DNA of 64,000 nucleotides, from NCBI RefSeq assembly GCF_001194135.2, contig NC_068981.1, positions 156,455,284-156,519,283 on the forward strand. Direction: 5' to 3'. Positions 1 to 13,444 of the stretch are shown piece after piece; the stretch's first letter is position 1; every line of letters starts with the position of its first letter. The notes below the pieces were generated by a model. The model made no database searches. It saw only the letters and a list, made by a program, of their open reading frames with translations, and was not told where the DNA came from. The DNA comes from Octopus bimaculoides. Lineage: Eukaryota. The translations under genes and the position numbers were made by a program.

Positions 1-743
1 TGTTCATGCTGGCATGGGATGGACGGTTTGAGCAGGGCTGACAAGCTGGAAGGCTGCATCAGATTCCAGTCTCATTTGGCATGGTTTCTAAGGCTGGATT
101 CCTTTCCTAATGCCAACCACTCTGAGAGTGTAATGGGTGCTTTTACATGCCACCGGCACAGGTGCCAGTTGCGTGACACCAGTATCTGCCATGACTGCAT
201 TTTTACTTGGCTTCTCGGGCACAACATAATACCAGTGGTCTCAGTCATTCATCATAGCCTCTGTGTGGCCCAACACTCAAAAGGAGCTTTTCACATGCCA
301 CAAGCATCACCCACTTTGCCTCCATGAGGCCCAACGCTCGAAAGATGCTTTTAACATGCCATCAGCATGGGTGCCAGTTATATGACACCAGCATTGGCCA
401 TGACTATGATCAGACTTGGCTGGACAGGTCTTCTCAAGCACAGTATATCATCGAAGGTCTCAGTCACTAGTCATTGCCTCTGTAAGGCCCAAAATTCGAA
501 GATCATGCTTCACCACCTTGTCCTATGTCTTCCTGGGTCTACCTCTACTACAAGTTCCCTCCACAGTTAAAGATCAGCACTTGTTTACACAGCTGTCCTC
601 ATCCATACACATCTCATAACCATACCAGTGCAGTTGTCTCTCTTGCACACTAGATCTGATACCTCTGATGCCAAATTTTTCTCTCAAGACGCTTACATTC
701 TGTTGAATATGTACACTGATATTGCACATCCAACGAATATGGA
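1..743 (-). mobile_element. RTE-clade LINE 3' fragment (post-RT coding region plus 3' UTR)
   Basis: Minus strand encodes a degenerate post-RT tail (TVEGTCSRGRPRKTRWSM-like) followed by the same 3' UTR seen in the other RTE copies in this window. Confidence 0.85.
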
Positions 744-1809
744 TGAGTGAGGAAGAACAAGAAGAAGAAGAACAACAACAGAGTAGACAAGATTGGGAAT
801 GTATCTATACTAAATGTTAATTGTCATAAACCTATGGTGGGAACCAGTGTTTCTAAAAACGCTAGTAAGAGCACTGCTCAGGTTGGAGATACTAATAATC
901 AAAGTACCCCCAGTGCCTCCTACTACAACCATCATCCAAACCATATGGAACAACAGGATGATCTGATAACAATAGTAGAACTGTGATTAATCATAATAGC
1001 ACTACATTTAGAAACAATTTTAAACACCTCCCCTTACTTCAGAATAATGAAAGAACTTAGAGTCAGATATTATGACTCACCAAAATAAGATTAAGAATAA
1101 GAGAGCAAATCAATTATGTAAACAGAAAATTCTGTAGTATAACTCCACCCCCTTGGTAGTATAGACATTCACAGATATTTCTTCATTATTTTTCTGTGCT
1201 TTAGATAAATATTTTCCTCCTGCTAATAAAATATCATAGATTATTCAATAGGTACACAGTCAAATTTTCCTATTCTATTCCAAATTTGGCAGATAATATA
1301 GCTGCAATAAATGGCAAACAATTAAACAATATTAGTAATTGCCTAAGTGTGAACAATAATCCTTGTAATTGTCTACATCCAGCCCAACTATTAACAATGA
1401 TCTAAATAATATAAATGGTAGCTAGTAAAACTGATTATTTATGTAACTGTAGAGATAAAGATAATTGCCCTTTGGATGACGAGTGCCTCCATGGTTATAT
1501 AATATATAATATTCTGTCCAGACATGCAGTAACATTTACTACAATATTGAAGCCACTGTAATGAATTTAGGGCAAATTTGAATAACCATCTTATTTTCTT
1601 TGATGATAGGAAGAAATTACACAGTACTTCATTAGCAAAATTAATTTGGGAATTGAAGAACAGTAATATCAATCATGCCTGGGGATATAACTTATGTTCT
1701 ATGAAGACATTTGAGATTCTGAGATGCAAATCAGGTCTAATTAATAAACAGTATAAGAATATACAAGTACAAACATACACACACACGCATAATATATATA
1801 CATTTATAT

Positions 1810-3770
1810 ATTGTCTTGCAGAATGATATAGCTACAATTATCTCTACCTACACCCCACAAGCTGGCCAACCAAATGAACAGAAGGATCACTTCTGCAGGC
1901 TACCTCAAAGACGAGTGACAATGATCTCAACTTTGTGGCTGGAGATTTTAATGGGCATGTTGGACAGCAACCTGGTATCTTCCATGGTGTACATGGGGGC
2001 CATGGAGTTGGTACCAGAAATGAAGAGTTCTGCAATGCAAATAACCTATTGATCTGCAACACCGACTTCAGGAAGCTAGCTAGACACCTGATAACCTATC
2101 AATCAGGTGACTCTGCTAGCCAGATCGATTTCATTCTCACCAGACAGTGGGATGCATGGTTGCTCTTAAATACAAAGACCCTCCCTGGTGAATAATGTAC
2201 CCTACCCCAACATAGACTAGTTATTAGTAACTTTAGATCCGAGGCCAGAAGGATGTCAAAACCAGACCAATCTGGAAAAGAAGGAGTTGGAAGCTTAAGA
2301 ATCCTTCACATGGTCAGAGATTTAGGGATATCCTTACCGAGAATTTTAATGATAGGGAGGAGGAACTACAGTCCTGTGACATAGAAGGCAGCTGGTGCAA
2401 AGTCCATTCCAGACCTAGGGTAACATGGTGGTGGAACAATACTGTAGACAGGGCTATCAGAGCAAAGAAATAGGCTTGGAAGGCCTGGAAGAGTGTGGGT
2501 AGCAGGAGAATGTATGAGATAGCCAAAAGGGAAGCTAAGAGACAGGTATATATAGCCAAGGGAGTAGCAGAACAGAAGAAGTTTGCCTAGAATCGAAGGG
2601 CCTTAGGGTTAACCTAGCAAAAACCAAAGTCTTAGTAAGTAGGAAGGCTGTCAAATCACAATCCCCTTCAAGTAGATGGCTCTGCTCAATCTGTAGAAAA
2701 GGTGTGGGTAGAAACTCCATATGATGTACCTGGTGTTAGCTATAGACACATAAAAGGTGCAGCAATATCAAAGGACAGTTAACTGGGAAAAAAGTTTTTG
2801 TGTGTGACAGATGCACAGGGGCAATAAACACTGAAGATGCACAGAAAACAGATTCCATCATATGCCAGGGGGAGAAACTAGAAGTAGTTAGCAGCTTACA
2901 CTACCTAGGCAACCAAGTCTGTAGAGGGGGCGGCTCTGAGAGTATAGTGACTAGAGTAAGAATAGCCTGGGCAAGGTTCAGGGAACTCCTACCTCAGCTG
3001 GCAACTAAGGGTCTCTTGCTCAGGATAAAAGGTAGACTGTATGATGCATGTGTGCAAACTGCCATGCTACACAGCAGTGAAACATGGGCCATAACTGCTG
3101 AGGACATGTGTAGGCTTGAAAGAAATGAAGCTAGTATAATCCGCAGGATGTGTAATATCAGTGTGCATACACAATTGAGTGTAAGCGCCCTGAGAGAAAA
3201 GTTGGGCATAAGAAGCATCACATGTGGTGTGCAAGAGAGGTGACTGTGCTGGTATGGTCATGTATTACGTATTAATGAGGACAGCTGTGTAAGGAAGACA
3301 TGGGATGAGGTGGTGAAGCATGACCTTCAAACATTGGGTCTCACAGAGGCAATGACAGGAAACCAAGACCTTTGGAGATATGCTGTGATTGAGAAGACCC
3401 GGCAACTAAAGTGAGATCGCAGCCACACATGTCCGGCCCTGATGCATTGGGTGATATGATATGCTTGAGAAGACCTGTTGAATCAAGTAAAACCAATATC
3501 GTAGCTGTGGCCAGTGACCCCTGACTGGCTCCCATGCCAGTGGCACGTAAAAAGCACTATCTGAACGTGATCAGGCCCGCCTGACTGGCTCCTGTGCTGG
3601 TGGCATGTAAAAAGCACCCACTACACTCTCGGAGTGGTTGGCGTTAGGAAGAGCATCCAGCTGTAGAAACATTGCCAGATCGGATTGGAGCCTGGTGCAG
3701 CCGCTGGCTCTCCAGACCTCAGTCACACTGTCCAACCCATGCCAGCATGTTAAACGATGATGATGATATA
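1810..3770 (+). mobile_element. Degenerate, internally deleted RTE LINE (APE endonuclease part, PHD-like finger, C-terminus, 3' UTR, (GAT)n tail)
   Basis: AGDFNGHVG and SQIDFIL endonuclease motifs (1935-2140), LESKGLRVNLAKTKV at about 2588, KGRLYDACVQTAMLHSSETWA in ORF 2800-3243, tail gatgatgatgat at about 3756-3767; several stops and frameshifts. Confidence 0.92.
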
Positions 3771-3974
3771 TATATGCCAACTGAATTTCTTTTCTCACTG
3801 CTATTACACTTCATCTGTGATTGGTCTTCACTTGTAGTTACATAACTTTGTTTTATCTATACTATCTTATCACCTAAACTTCATATATTAACTTATTTTC
3901 TTACTCTTAAATGTCATTTGTTTCAAATGTCATATTCTTCATTTTCTTGTATGCCTAGTAACTATTTCATTTTA

Positions 3975-4440
3975 CTATTCTTTTACTTGTTGCAGTCATT
4001 TTGACTGCAGCCATGCTGGAGCACTGCCTTTAGTCAAACAAACTGACCCCAAGACTTATTCTTTTTAAGCCTCGTACTTATTCTATCAGGCTCTTTTGCC
4101 AAACCACTAAGTACCAAGGACATAAACACATCAACATCTGTTGTCAAGCGATGGTGGGGAGACAAAACCCAGATACAAATACTTATATATATATGTGTGT
4201 GTGTGTGTGACAGGCTTCTTTCAGTTTCCATCTACCAAATCTACTCACAAGGCTTTGGTCAGCCCAAGGCTATAGTAGAAGACACTTGCCCAAGGTGCCA
4301 CGCAGNNNNNNNNNNCACAAGGCTTTGGTCAGCCCAAGGCTATAGTAGAAGACACTTGCCCAAGGTGCCACGCAGTGGGACTGAACCCAGAACCATGTAG
4401 TTGGGAAGCAAGCTTTTTACCGCACAGCCACACCTGCGCC
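3975..4440 (-). mobile_element. tRNA-derived SINE with CORE-like segment, internal (TG/TA)n and 3' tail module
   Basis: Minus strand reads gggttcagtcccactgcgtggcaccttgggcaagtgtcttc (B-box-like plus CORE-like cttgggcaagt). Related heads at about 5213-5368(+), 6290-6450(-), 28740-28850(+), 34220-34350(-), 42925-43050(-), 56580-56735(-); related tail module at 60500-60740(+). Confidence 0.8.
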
Positions 4441-5519
4441 TATACTCATTTATTTATATATTTAATCAATTACTGCATATGCATATGTACATGTATATAT
4501 CTATATGTGTGTAGATCTTTATATTTAGGTACACATGTGTGTGAATATATGAGTGTACATAAATTACATATACATGCATTATATATATGATGTATGTATG
4601 TATGTATATGTTGTGTATACAGTTAAATTTATGACTACTATTGTATGAATCAGACCTCCCATGTAGATTATCATTATCCAGTTAGCTTCCAGTACATTAT
4701 CACTGTGTTATTAATTATGACATACAGTGCATATGTAGGGGAAAATTAAAATAAATATAAATTATTAGTTCCTATGTATGTTTTACTACTGCAACTATTT
4801 GGAACCTTGCATTGGATGTACCAAATGCACTTGGTTGCTTAACCACAATGGATCATCGGGGGATATACATATGTAAATTTATGCACTCTTACCCATAGTG
4901 CTTTGTTGTAGAACTGAATACTATCATATGGTTGGGAAGCAAACTTCTTACCATACAACCATGCCTGCACACACATATGTATATATATTTTTTCTTATTT
5001 ATTTATCTAAATAAAGAAAAATAGAATTCAAAGTGATGTATTATGCCTACTGGATCATACCTTGGATTTTCAAAGTGCTCCCCTTTGTAATTAGTTGAAG
5101 TATAACTGATCTTCCTTCAGTTATCTGAATACTGTGCAAGCCAGGTTCATACATGATGTGCTGATGAGGTGACTGCCTGCATTTTAATTAACCTACACAC
5201 ACCACACATATAATTGGAATGGCTGTGTGATTAAGAAGTTTGCTTCTTGACCACATGGTTTCAGATTCAGTCCCACTGTATAATACCTCAGACAAGTGTC
5301 CTCCACTACAGCCCTGACCAACCAAAGTCTTGTAAGTGGATTTGATTGATGGAAACTGATGGAAGCCTTTGTGTGTGTGTGTGTTGGAGTGTATGCTTAC
5401 ATGTTTCTTGGTTTTGACATTGCAGTCCACTGACTGTCATCAAATTATTATATAAACTTTCTTCATAAACAGAAAACTAACATTGAGCTACCTACCTAAC
5501 CCAACTTCCTGTCAGGTTA

Positions 5520-5960
5520 AAAGTTTTAGGGCTGCACTATAAATATTAATACAATAAAAGGTAAATATGGATGGAATGTAGAGGCAAGCAGATGTGTGCT
5601 GTGTATGTGAGGTAAGATATCAAGGAGCCTGATTAAACAGAATTGACCTAGATGATATGCAGTTCAGTTTTGGGTCAGGAGAAAGAATAATATCTCCTTC
5701 TTAGTGAGACAATTGTAGAAGTACAGCAGTAAGACTCTATATCCAAAATTCTTCAAACTGGAGATGTTTGAAAAAGTTCCATGTTCTGGAAACTGGTAGT
5801 CACAAAGAAAACTAAGAGTAGGTGTATTACTTAAATAAACTATGTAGAGACGCAATCAGTAATATGGCAGCAATGAGATGGATCAACAAATTTAGTGAGC
5901 AGGAAGGGGTTGTTAGGGCTCATTTGTCAAACCCCTCTTGTTACAGCACTCCAGGCCATA
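5520..5960 (+). mobile_element. Highly decayed RTE reverse-transcriptase fragment
   Basis: IDLDDMQFSFGSG-like and FEKVP-like remnants with many disablements. Confidence 0.55.
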
Positions 5961-7419
5961 ACAGAGGAGTTTTAAGAACAGCTGTGTGTGAGAATTACTA
6001 TATGCTGATGACCAAGTTCATATAACTGAATCTGTTAAATACTTACAAGAAATTCCAAACCTGGAAGCAAAACCTGGAAATTAGGCCTTAAAAGGTAACT
6101 TAGTAAGTAGGAAATAAGATAGGACCCTATTAACATCAAGGAAATGCCCAAGCTCAATATACAGAAAAGAGTAGGTAGAAATTCCATATAGTGACTCAGT
6201 GAAAACTATAGCTGCCCTGGCAGGATCACATGCAGGCTAAGAGAAGATAAATTTCCCTTAGTTAAAAATCATGAACACTTTCACACATACACATGGAAAA
6301 CTTTCAATTTCCACTTACCAAATTCACTCACATAGCTTTGGTTGGCCCAAGACTGTAGTAGAAGACACTTGCCCAAGATGCTGCACAGTGAGACAGAACC
6401 CAAGACCAAATGGGTAATAACTGAACATTCTAGCTATGCAGTCATGTCTGCAACATCATATGCAGCAAAAATTGAGGTGAGAGGGAAAATGAAGGATAAG
6501 AATGGGAACTAAGAGGCAGTGTAGAAAGAGAAGGAAACATTAGTGACATGGCTCCAAGTTTGAACATGAAATGGTGTTCCTTCTGTTTCTTTGAGTATGT
6601 GGATCAATGATATACAGCGATGCCATTAACCAATAAATCATTAAAGGAGTGGCCAGTTGTGTTGAAATATGTGGCGACAGGTTAGCCTGGCATACATAAC
6701 TGTGTGCTTTGAATATGCACCCAATAGTACTGACATGGCGACAGCTTGTTCGTTTAATGTTAAATGTACCACAAAGTTCGCAGATGATGCAACATATGAA
6801 GAAGATTGTGTATCAGAAGTTTTTAAAAAGCTCAGTGACAGGTGTAGAGCTATTAATGTATAGGCAGGTGTTGAATCGTCGGCGAGACAGTTTCTCAAAA
6901 ACAGGATGCAAAACTGTCTTCGTTTCCCTCATGTCATCATTATTCTGAAGAAGGACTCTAACCCAAATGTGGGATATTCCACTTCCCACAGCAATTTTAC
7001 TGTATTCATTGTCGTTTTCACAAATCTACTGCGATGTAGGACCACAAATATTTTAATTCCCTCTAAAAAATATTTGTGGTTATTAAGAGTGAAGCTATTT
7101 CAAAAAAAGCTAAATAATTCCAAATAAAAGTTATATTGTATTAACTTATAGCTCAAACAAAATACGTGAAATAGAAATTGATAAATAAACGTAAATAAAC
7201 GGCATGTACAAAGATTGCTATCAAATGCACCAGCAATAAGGCCTTCTTATAGTCACTCAGGCAGCTAGAAATGGTAGCCACATCTCTCTCAAGTCAAATC
7301 CTACCATATTAAAAAGTGAAGGATACACAATGCTTTGACTGCATTCAAAGTATGCTCAAAACTTTGAGTAATATTCAAGTTTTAGTTTAGTAATAAAGTC
7401 ACACAACAATAATAATTTT

Positions 7420-7615
7420 CAAATGTTGGTACAAGACCAGCAATTTTAGTAAGTCGATTACATCAACCCCAGCATATTTGACTGGTACTTTACTTTATTG
7501 ATTCCTAAAAGGATGATTGGCGAAGTTGACCTCGGAATGTAAAATAACCGGAACAAAAGTCGCAAGGCATTTTCCGATGCTTTAACAATTCTGCTAGCTG
7601 GCGAGTTAAACCAAG
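7420..7615 (-). mobile_element. tRNA-derived SINE, second family (central domain gcctttcatcctttcggggtcgataaa-like, (ATT)n tail)
   Basis: Same module recurs at about 23516-23632(-), 25088-25288(-), 27008-27275(+) and 53640-53778(+), with B-box-like gagttcaaattcc. Confidence 0.7.
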
Positions 7616-7821
7616 AAATAAAAATAGAACGAGGACAGAACGTGTTGACTTAGAAATAAAATAATAATAATCATAGTAATAATAAAAACTTTTTAAAAGT
7701 ACACATCAGCTGTATCTGGTCTAATTTTATCAATTTTTAACTCCTAGGGTGATGAAATTGTATGTTACACCTGTATTTATGATTGCTAAGTCTTCCATCC
7801 AGTCGTACTAAATACTTTACA

Positions 7822-7856
<35 letters not shown>

Positions 7857-8982
7857 ACATGTTATAAATCATGCATATTATATATACATGTATTATATAA
7901 ATACACACACACACACATTATATATATATGTATGTATGACACACACATATAAACACATTCATATACACATACACTTATTTACATATCGTTTCTGTTTATT
8001 TCGTGATGCTATATATCTCAATATAAAAATGTCTTGTTAGAAATGGTGTTCACCCCAGGTCAAGCTGATCGGGTAGACCTATGATCAAAAGGAGCATTCT
8101 AATGCTGAATGCCCCACTGTTTGCGAGCTATCTAAGACTACCACAATCTAATATGTCCTTCCTTGTTTTATGATGTTTGGATGGGGGTGGGGTGAGGGGA
8201 TTTCATCGCCTTTTCCAGCAGTTCGATCGTTACTCAGAGACGCCTTCGTTGGCTCGTACATACTAAAGGTAAACACACTATGTACATACATATTCGGATC
8301 TTAGTGTTTCCTTATAGTCGACTTTATGGTGGAATATAATTCATTAACGAGTTAAGAAGAGACATTTCTCCATGATCCACTGATGAATTCAATCGACTAT
8401 AAGATCGATCGCACGAAATCTTTAGATCTGAATACATTCCTGTTGATTTTTTTTAGGGTGGGATCAGCTGTACCTGACGAGACCCAGAATCGAAAGTGTT
8501 CCAGCAACGACCATCCTATCAATTTTCAAATATTGTGTACCTTGGTTACATTGTCCAATGTGCGCTTCTTTAATGACTACATTGTGATTTTAGGAAATTT
8601 GGAGTCTATTTCTAGCAGGTCTATTGACCTCGTACTGGCTCTCCCGTTGGCTTTATCTCACATATGACCAATGCACATGCACACAAACATACACATACAC
8701 ACATATATGTAGGCATATTTTCCACCTAGCAAGGGGCAAGTAATTCCTTCAAATTTTAAAACTGATATTGTTTACATTTATAATAGAACTTTCCACACAC
8801 ACACACACACATATAGATAGATAGATAGATAGATATCCATTCACATACATATCCGTTTCGGTCGATTTTGTGTTTCATATAATGTCAATATTGACCACAT
8901 TTTAAACTAAAATTTGAGGCTCAATTTTTATTTTATGAGGGCAATTTATTATACACATAACTTTATACACACACAGACACAC

Positions 8983-9024
<42 letters not shown>

Positions 9025-10699
9025 GTATGCGAGCGTGCCCGCAAAGGAAGACAAGAATTGTTTGTGTTTTTATAAATGGCCAACAGGAAATAAAACCAAA
9101 AGTAAAAGAGCAACAGCTTTCAGTTTTAAAATGCAGTCGACATTGACATTATATAAAAACAGAATCGACCTAAGCGGCTATGTAGAGCTTTTGACATTTC
9201 TCAAGACAGAAAGAATATCAAAAGCTAATGAATGTAAATGGCAACAGAATACGGAAATATATAAACGATATAGCATCAGGAAAAATTAAAATTAATTTAT
9301 AGAAAAGGTTTCAGAAATTAATGCTAAAATATATATACTTATATATTAATTTAATACCTAAATATATACAAACAGAAAATAGGAATAAATCTATTAGAAA
9401 ATGGCACTAACGGTACTTCATAAGATAAAAGATTAGATATTGTGCTTTGATTTCGATGACTACATATGTATGCATGTTTGTGCGTGTTGTTTGCGTAAAT
9501 ATGCATACAATGAAATAAATATAAACGTATGTCAGCTCAGAGATTCCTCATGAAGCAACAACTTGTGTTTGTAGTTATGTACACAGGAGAATTAGTTGTC
9601 TGTTTGTTCATTGGGCTCTCGTAAAAAACATTTGTTACTGAAATAGAAATTGTAATGCAAAATCAAATATAGTCCACAGCAATAAGGGATGAGTATGCTC
9701 TAAAAGTGCACATGAAATATTGTGAGGCGAGAAAATAATAGCACCATGTAAACAATAGAGGAGAGACAGTATCAAAATACATATACAGATAAAGAAACAA
9801 ATGAGAATTGAAAAGTACTAACGAGGTATATATAATTTACCGTTCAGGAGATGAAAAAGATAATAATTATCGTAGTAAATGTTGGTGATAATAATAATAC
9901 CAAACGCTGATGAGATTTGCGAAGAGGGAGCTTATCAAACAGATTGTAATCAGTGGCGAAACAACACTACCCTCTGACTCTCGCTTTCTCTCTCTCTAAT
10001 GACAAATCATCAATGGAGCCACGTCAGGTTATTTTTTTATTATCTGGAAGCCCGTATGTAGGCCAGAATCACTCCGGCTCGAGATCCTGCAGTATTTGTA
10101 AGTTATAATCTGAAATAAATACATAAACTTTTTGTTTGACTATTCTACTTATTGCAACAGCATTTTCGGTACACATGCTGATTTCATAATACTATTTTTC
10201 TTTTCTTTTTTTTTCTTTTTTGTTATTTGTAATTATGATTTACTTAAGAAAAAATACTTCAGCAAAAACAGTAAGGAAAACAGAAAAGAAAAACATCATT
10301 ACAACGTTAATCATACTTTCGTGTCTTTTTATTAGTTTTTATCCCTGGTTTCACTGAAATATGACATTTTCACCTATATTCAACTATAGTTGATAACAGG
10401 CCAAAGACACAAACTAAAAGTGACTCAAGTACCGTTGGCTTTGTGCTTGGTTCTTAACAAAGTTTTAAAAGTACTATACACGAAACTCTCGGCCCTTGAG
10501 ACCCTTTTTCAATTTTCTGCCGATTAAAAATAAAGACGCATGCTCTCTCTTTCTCTCTCTCTCTCTCTCTCACACTCTCTCACACACACACACATATACA
10601 TCTATATATAATGTTTTAGTATATAAAAATGTTTGTATATATATATGTGTGTGTGTGTATAGATAAAACAATTAAAGACATGAAGACAGGGAAAGCCCC

Positions 10700-11690
10700 C
10701 AGCCCATCAGGATGCTTAAATGTTCAGAGAGCTGTTACTTCTGCTGGTAACGAAGGGCCTCTCCCTCAGAGTGAAAATCAGACTGTATGATGCCTGTGTG
10801 CGAACAGCTATGCTACACGGCAGTGAAACATGGGCTGTGACAGTAGAGGACATATGTAAGCTTGAAAGAAATGAAACTAGCATGGTTTGCTGGATGCGCA
10901 ATGTCAGTGTGCATGTACAATAGAGTGTAAGCATTTTGAGAGAGAAAATGGGCATAAGAGGCATCAGATGTGGTGTGCAAGAGAGACGACTGCATTGGTA
11001 TGGTCTTGTGATGCATATGGACGAGGACAGCTGTGTAAAGAAGAGCCAATCTCTAACTGTGGAGGGAACCTGTGGTAGAGGTAGACCCAGGAAGACATGG
11101 GACAAGGTGGTGAAGCATGATCTTTGAATTTTGGGCCTCACAGTGGCAATGGTTAGTGACTGAGACTTTTTGCCATATGCCATGCTTGAGAAAACCCCTC
11201 AAGTCAAGTGAAATCGTAATCATAACCAATACTGGGGTCATATAACTGGCACCCATGCTGGTGGCATGTAAAAAGTACCTTTCAATCATTAGGCCTCATG
11301 AAGACAATGACAAATGACTGAAACCTTTGGTATTATGCCAAGAAAACTCATCAAGCCAAGCAAAATTGTAGTTGTGGAAGATACTGGCATCTGTACTGGT
11401 GGCACATAAAAAACACCTGAGCATTGGGCTTCACGGAGGCAATGTGGCTGATGCCAGTGGCATGTAAAATGCACCTTTTGAACGTTGAGTCTCATGGAGG
11501 CAATGAAAAATTATGCCATGCTCAAGAAGAAGAAGAGCCATCAAACCAAGTGAAATTGTAGTTGTGGAAGATACTAGTGTCATGCTACTGGTACCCATGC
11601 TGGTGGCACTTAAAAGCACCCATTACACTCTTGGAGTGGTTGGCATTAGGAAGGGCATCCAACCATTGAAACCATGCCAAATCAGGAAGT
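10700..11690 (+). mobile_element. RTE LINE 3' fragment
   Basis: FRELLLLLVTKGLSLRVKIRLYDACVRTAMLHGSETWA and CGVQERRLHWYG...GRGRPRKTWDKVVKHDL, then the family 3' UTR. Confidence 0.9.
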
Positions 11691-11879
11691 ACATATAATA
11701 CTGCTACTGGATAGCACAGGGTAAATTGAAGGTGGATGAGCTTTATACTGTACTCTACTATGTTCTTAACAGAATATACCATAACTACATATATATATGT
11801 TAATTCTCTAAATGTGTCCTGGCAAACAGGACACAGTAATGTGTCGATAAGCCAGCTGGAGGAGATGTCCTCCTGGGGC

Positions 11880-11944
11880 TAAAAGCAACAGTAACATCCA
11901 CCCCTAGGGGTCAGCCACACTTAAGTGGCAATATACTACACTAC

Positions 11945-11991
<47 letters not shown>

Positions 11992-13260
11992 ATAAATAAA
12001 TATATATATATAGAGAGAGAGAGAGAGAATAAATATATATATAGAGAGAGAGAGAGAACTTTTATAAACTTAAACTTAAACCCTTTGAGGATGTCATCTT
12101 CGAGGTTAGGTGGATGAGCAGGTGCATTGTCCAGGATGAGAAGAGCTTGCAGCGGCAGGTTATTTTCCTGGAGATATTTCTTAATGTCAGGACCAAAGAC
12201 GAAGTTCACCCACTCCACAAAGAACTGCCTGTGACCCACGCCCTTGGATTTGCCTTCCACATAACCTGCAGTTTTCCTTTCAGAATCTTATGTGACTTAG
12301 TCTCTGGGGTTTTCTGAATGATTAATGAGCAACAGCTTAATCTTGCAGTTGCCGCTTACATTGGCACACAGTGCAAGGGTTAGCTTATCCATCATGGGTT
12401 TGTGGCCTAGCATCCTCTTCTCCTCTGCCATTATATAAGTCCTCCTTGGCATCTTCTTCCCAGAAAGTCTTGTCTCATTACAGTTGAAGACTTGCTGGGG
12501 GATGTATCCTTTGGCTGCTATAATTCCGGCAAAAGTTTTGAGGTAATCCTCAGCTGCCTTCATATCCACTCTCTCTGTTTCACTATACCTGACAAGGGGG
12601 TGAATGCTGGGCCTCTTTTTAAAATTCTCAAACCAGCCCCAACTAGCTTTAAATGGCTAACCTGATACCCTGTCCGTACAAGTGCCGGGAGTCTGCTACA
12701 GCAAATCAGCATAAATAGCTCGTGCCTTCTTGCAGATTACAGCCTCTGTCACAGTATCTCTTGCAAGCTGTTTCTCTGTCTACCACACTATCAGCAGCTT
12801 TTCCATATTTTCATGGATAGATGTCTGCTGTCTACAAATTATCTTAATGCCTTTGGCTGGTGTTATAGCCTTTATTGACTCCTTCTGCTTCAGGATGGTG
12901 CAGATCATAGAAGTGCTATACTTGTACAACTTTGCCATGTTGACTACATGCACACCTTGGTCATGTTTTTTGATAGTCAAATTCAATGCACATCATCCAC
13001 TTCTTTTTCTCACCACTGTCCTTCGCACTCACTTTCTTTAGATCCATGGTTGGAAAAATGAAGTTTTGCAAAGTAACTGCAAGCACTATTGTGAGCACAA
13101 CACTGATGCTTCTGTAGCCTGCGACTACTAAGTAAGCATTTTACCACCCGTCTAGCTAATGATCCACTAACGATCTTCACACTTGCTAACGCACATGTCT
13201 ATCTAGCTATCCATCTACTAATGATCTTCGCACTTGCTAACGTGCATATCTGTCTAGCCA
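11880..13260 (-). mobile_element. Tigger/pogo (CENP-B-like) DNA transposon relic
   Basis: ATG at 13047; HTH-type segment (ORF 12780-12986), QVFNCNETRL...KLTLALCAN (12297-12569), LLILDNAPAHP (11904-12260); interrupted by a TA/GA microsatellite at about 11945-12058. Confidence 0.9.
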
Positions 13261-13385
13261 TCAAGTGAGACGGATGTTACGACATTCACTGTGGCATTCA
13301 CTATGCCAACTAGTGGTAGGGTATCATATCTTGAAAAACTCGTTAGTTGGAACACTCATAAGTCAAGATACCACAGTATGTGTGC

Positions 13386-13425
<40 letters not shown>

Positions 13426-13444
13426 TTATATATGTGTGTGTATA

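Noticed and set aside
747-986. ORF MRKNKKKKNNN...DLITIVEL next to the RTE 5' truncation
   Set aside because: No recognisable domain or splice context; the start is a low-complexity GAA/CAA run.
4246-4375. 60-bp direct duplication inside a SINE
   Set aside because: The two copies flank a 10-N gap exactly, so this is a contig-overlap artefact.
8219-8268. Apparent 50-nt exon with good AG/GT sites
   Set aside because: The acceptor side matches a dispersed repeat motif (gctatttctagcaggtcga-like) also seen near 8610, 39380 and 48470; no partner exons.
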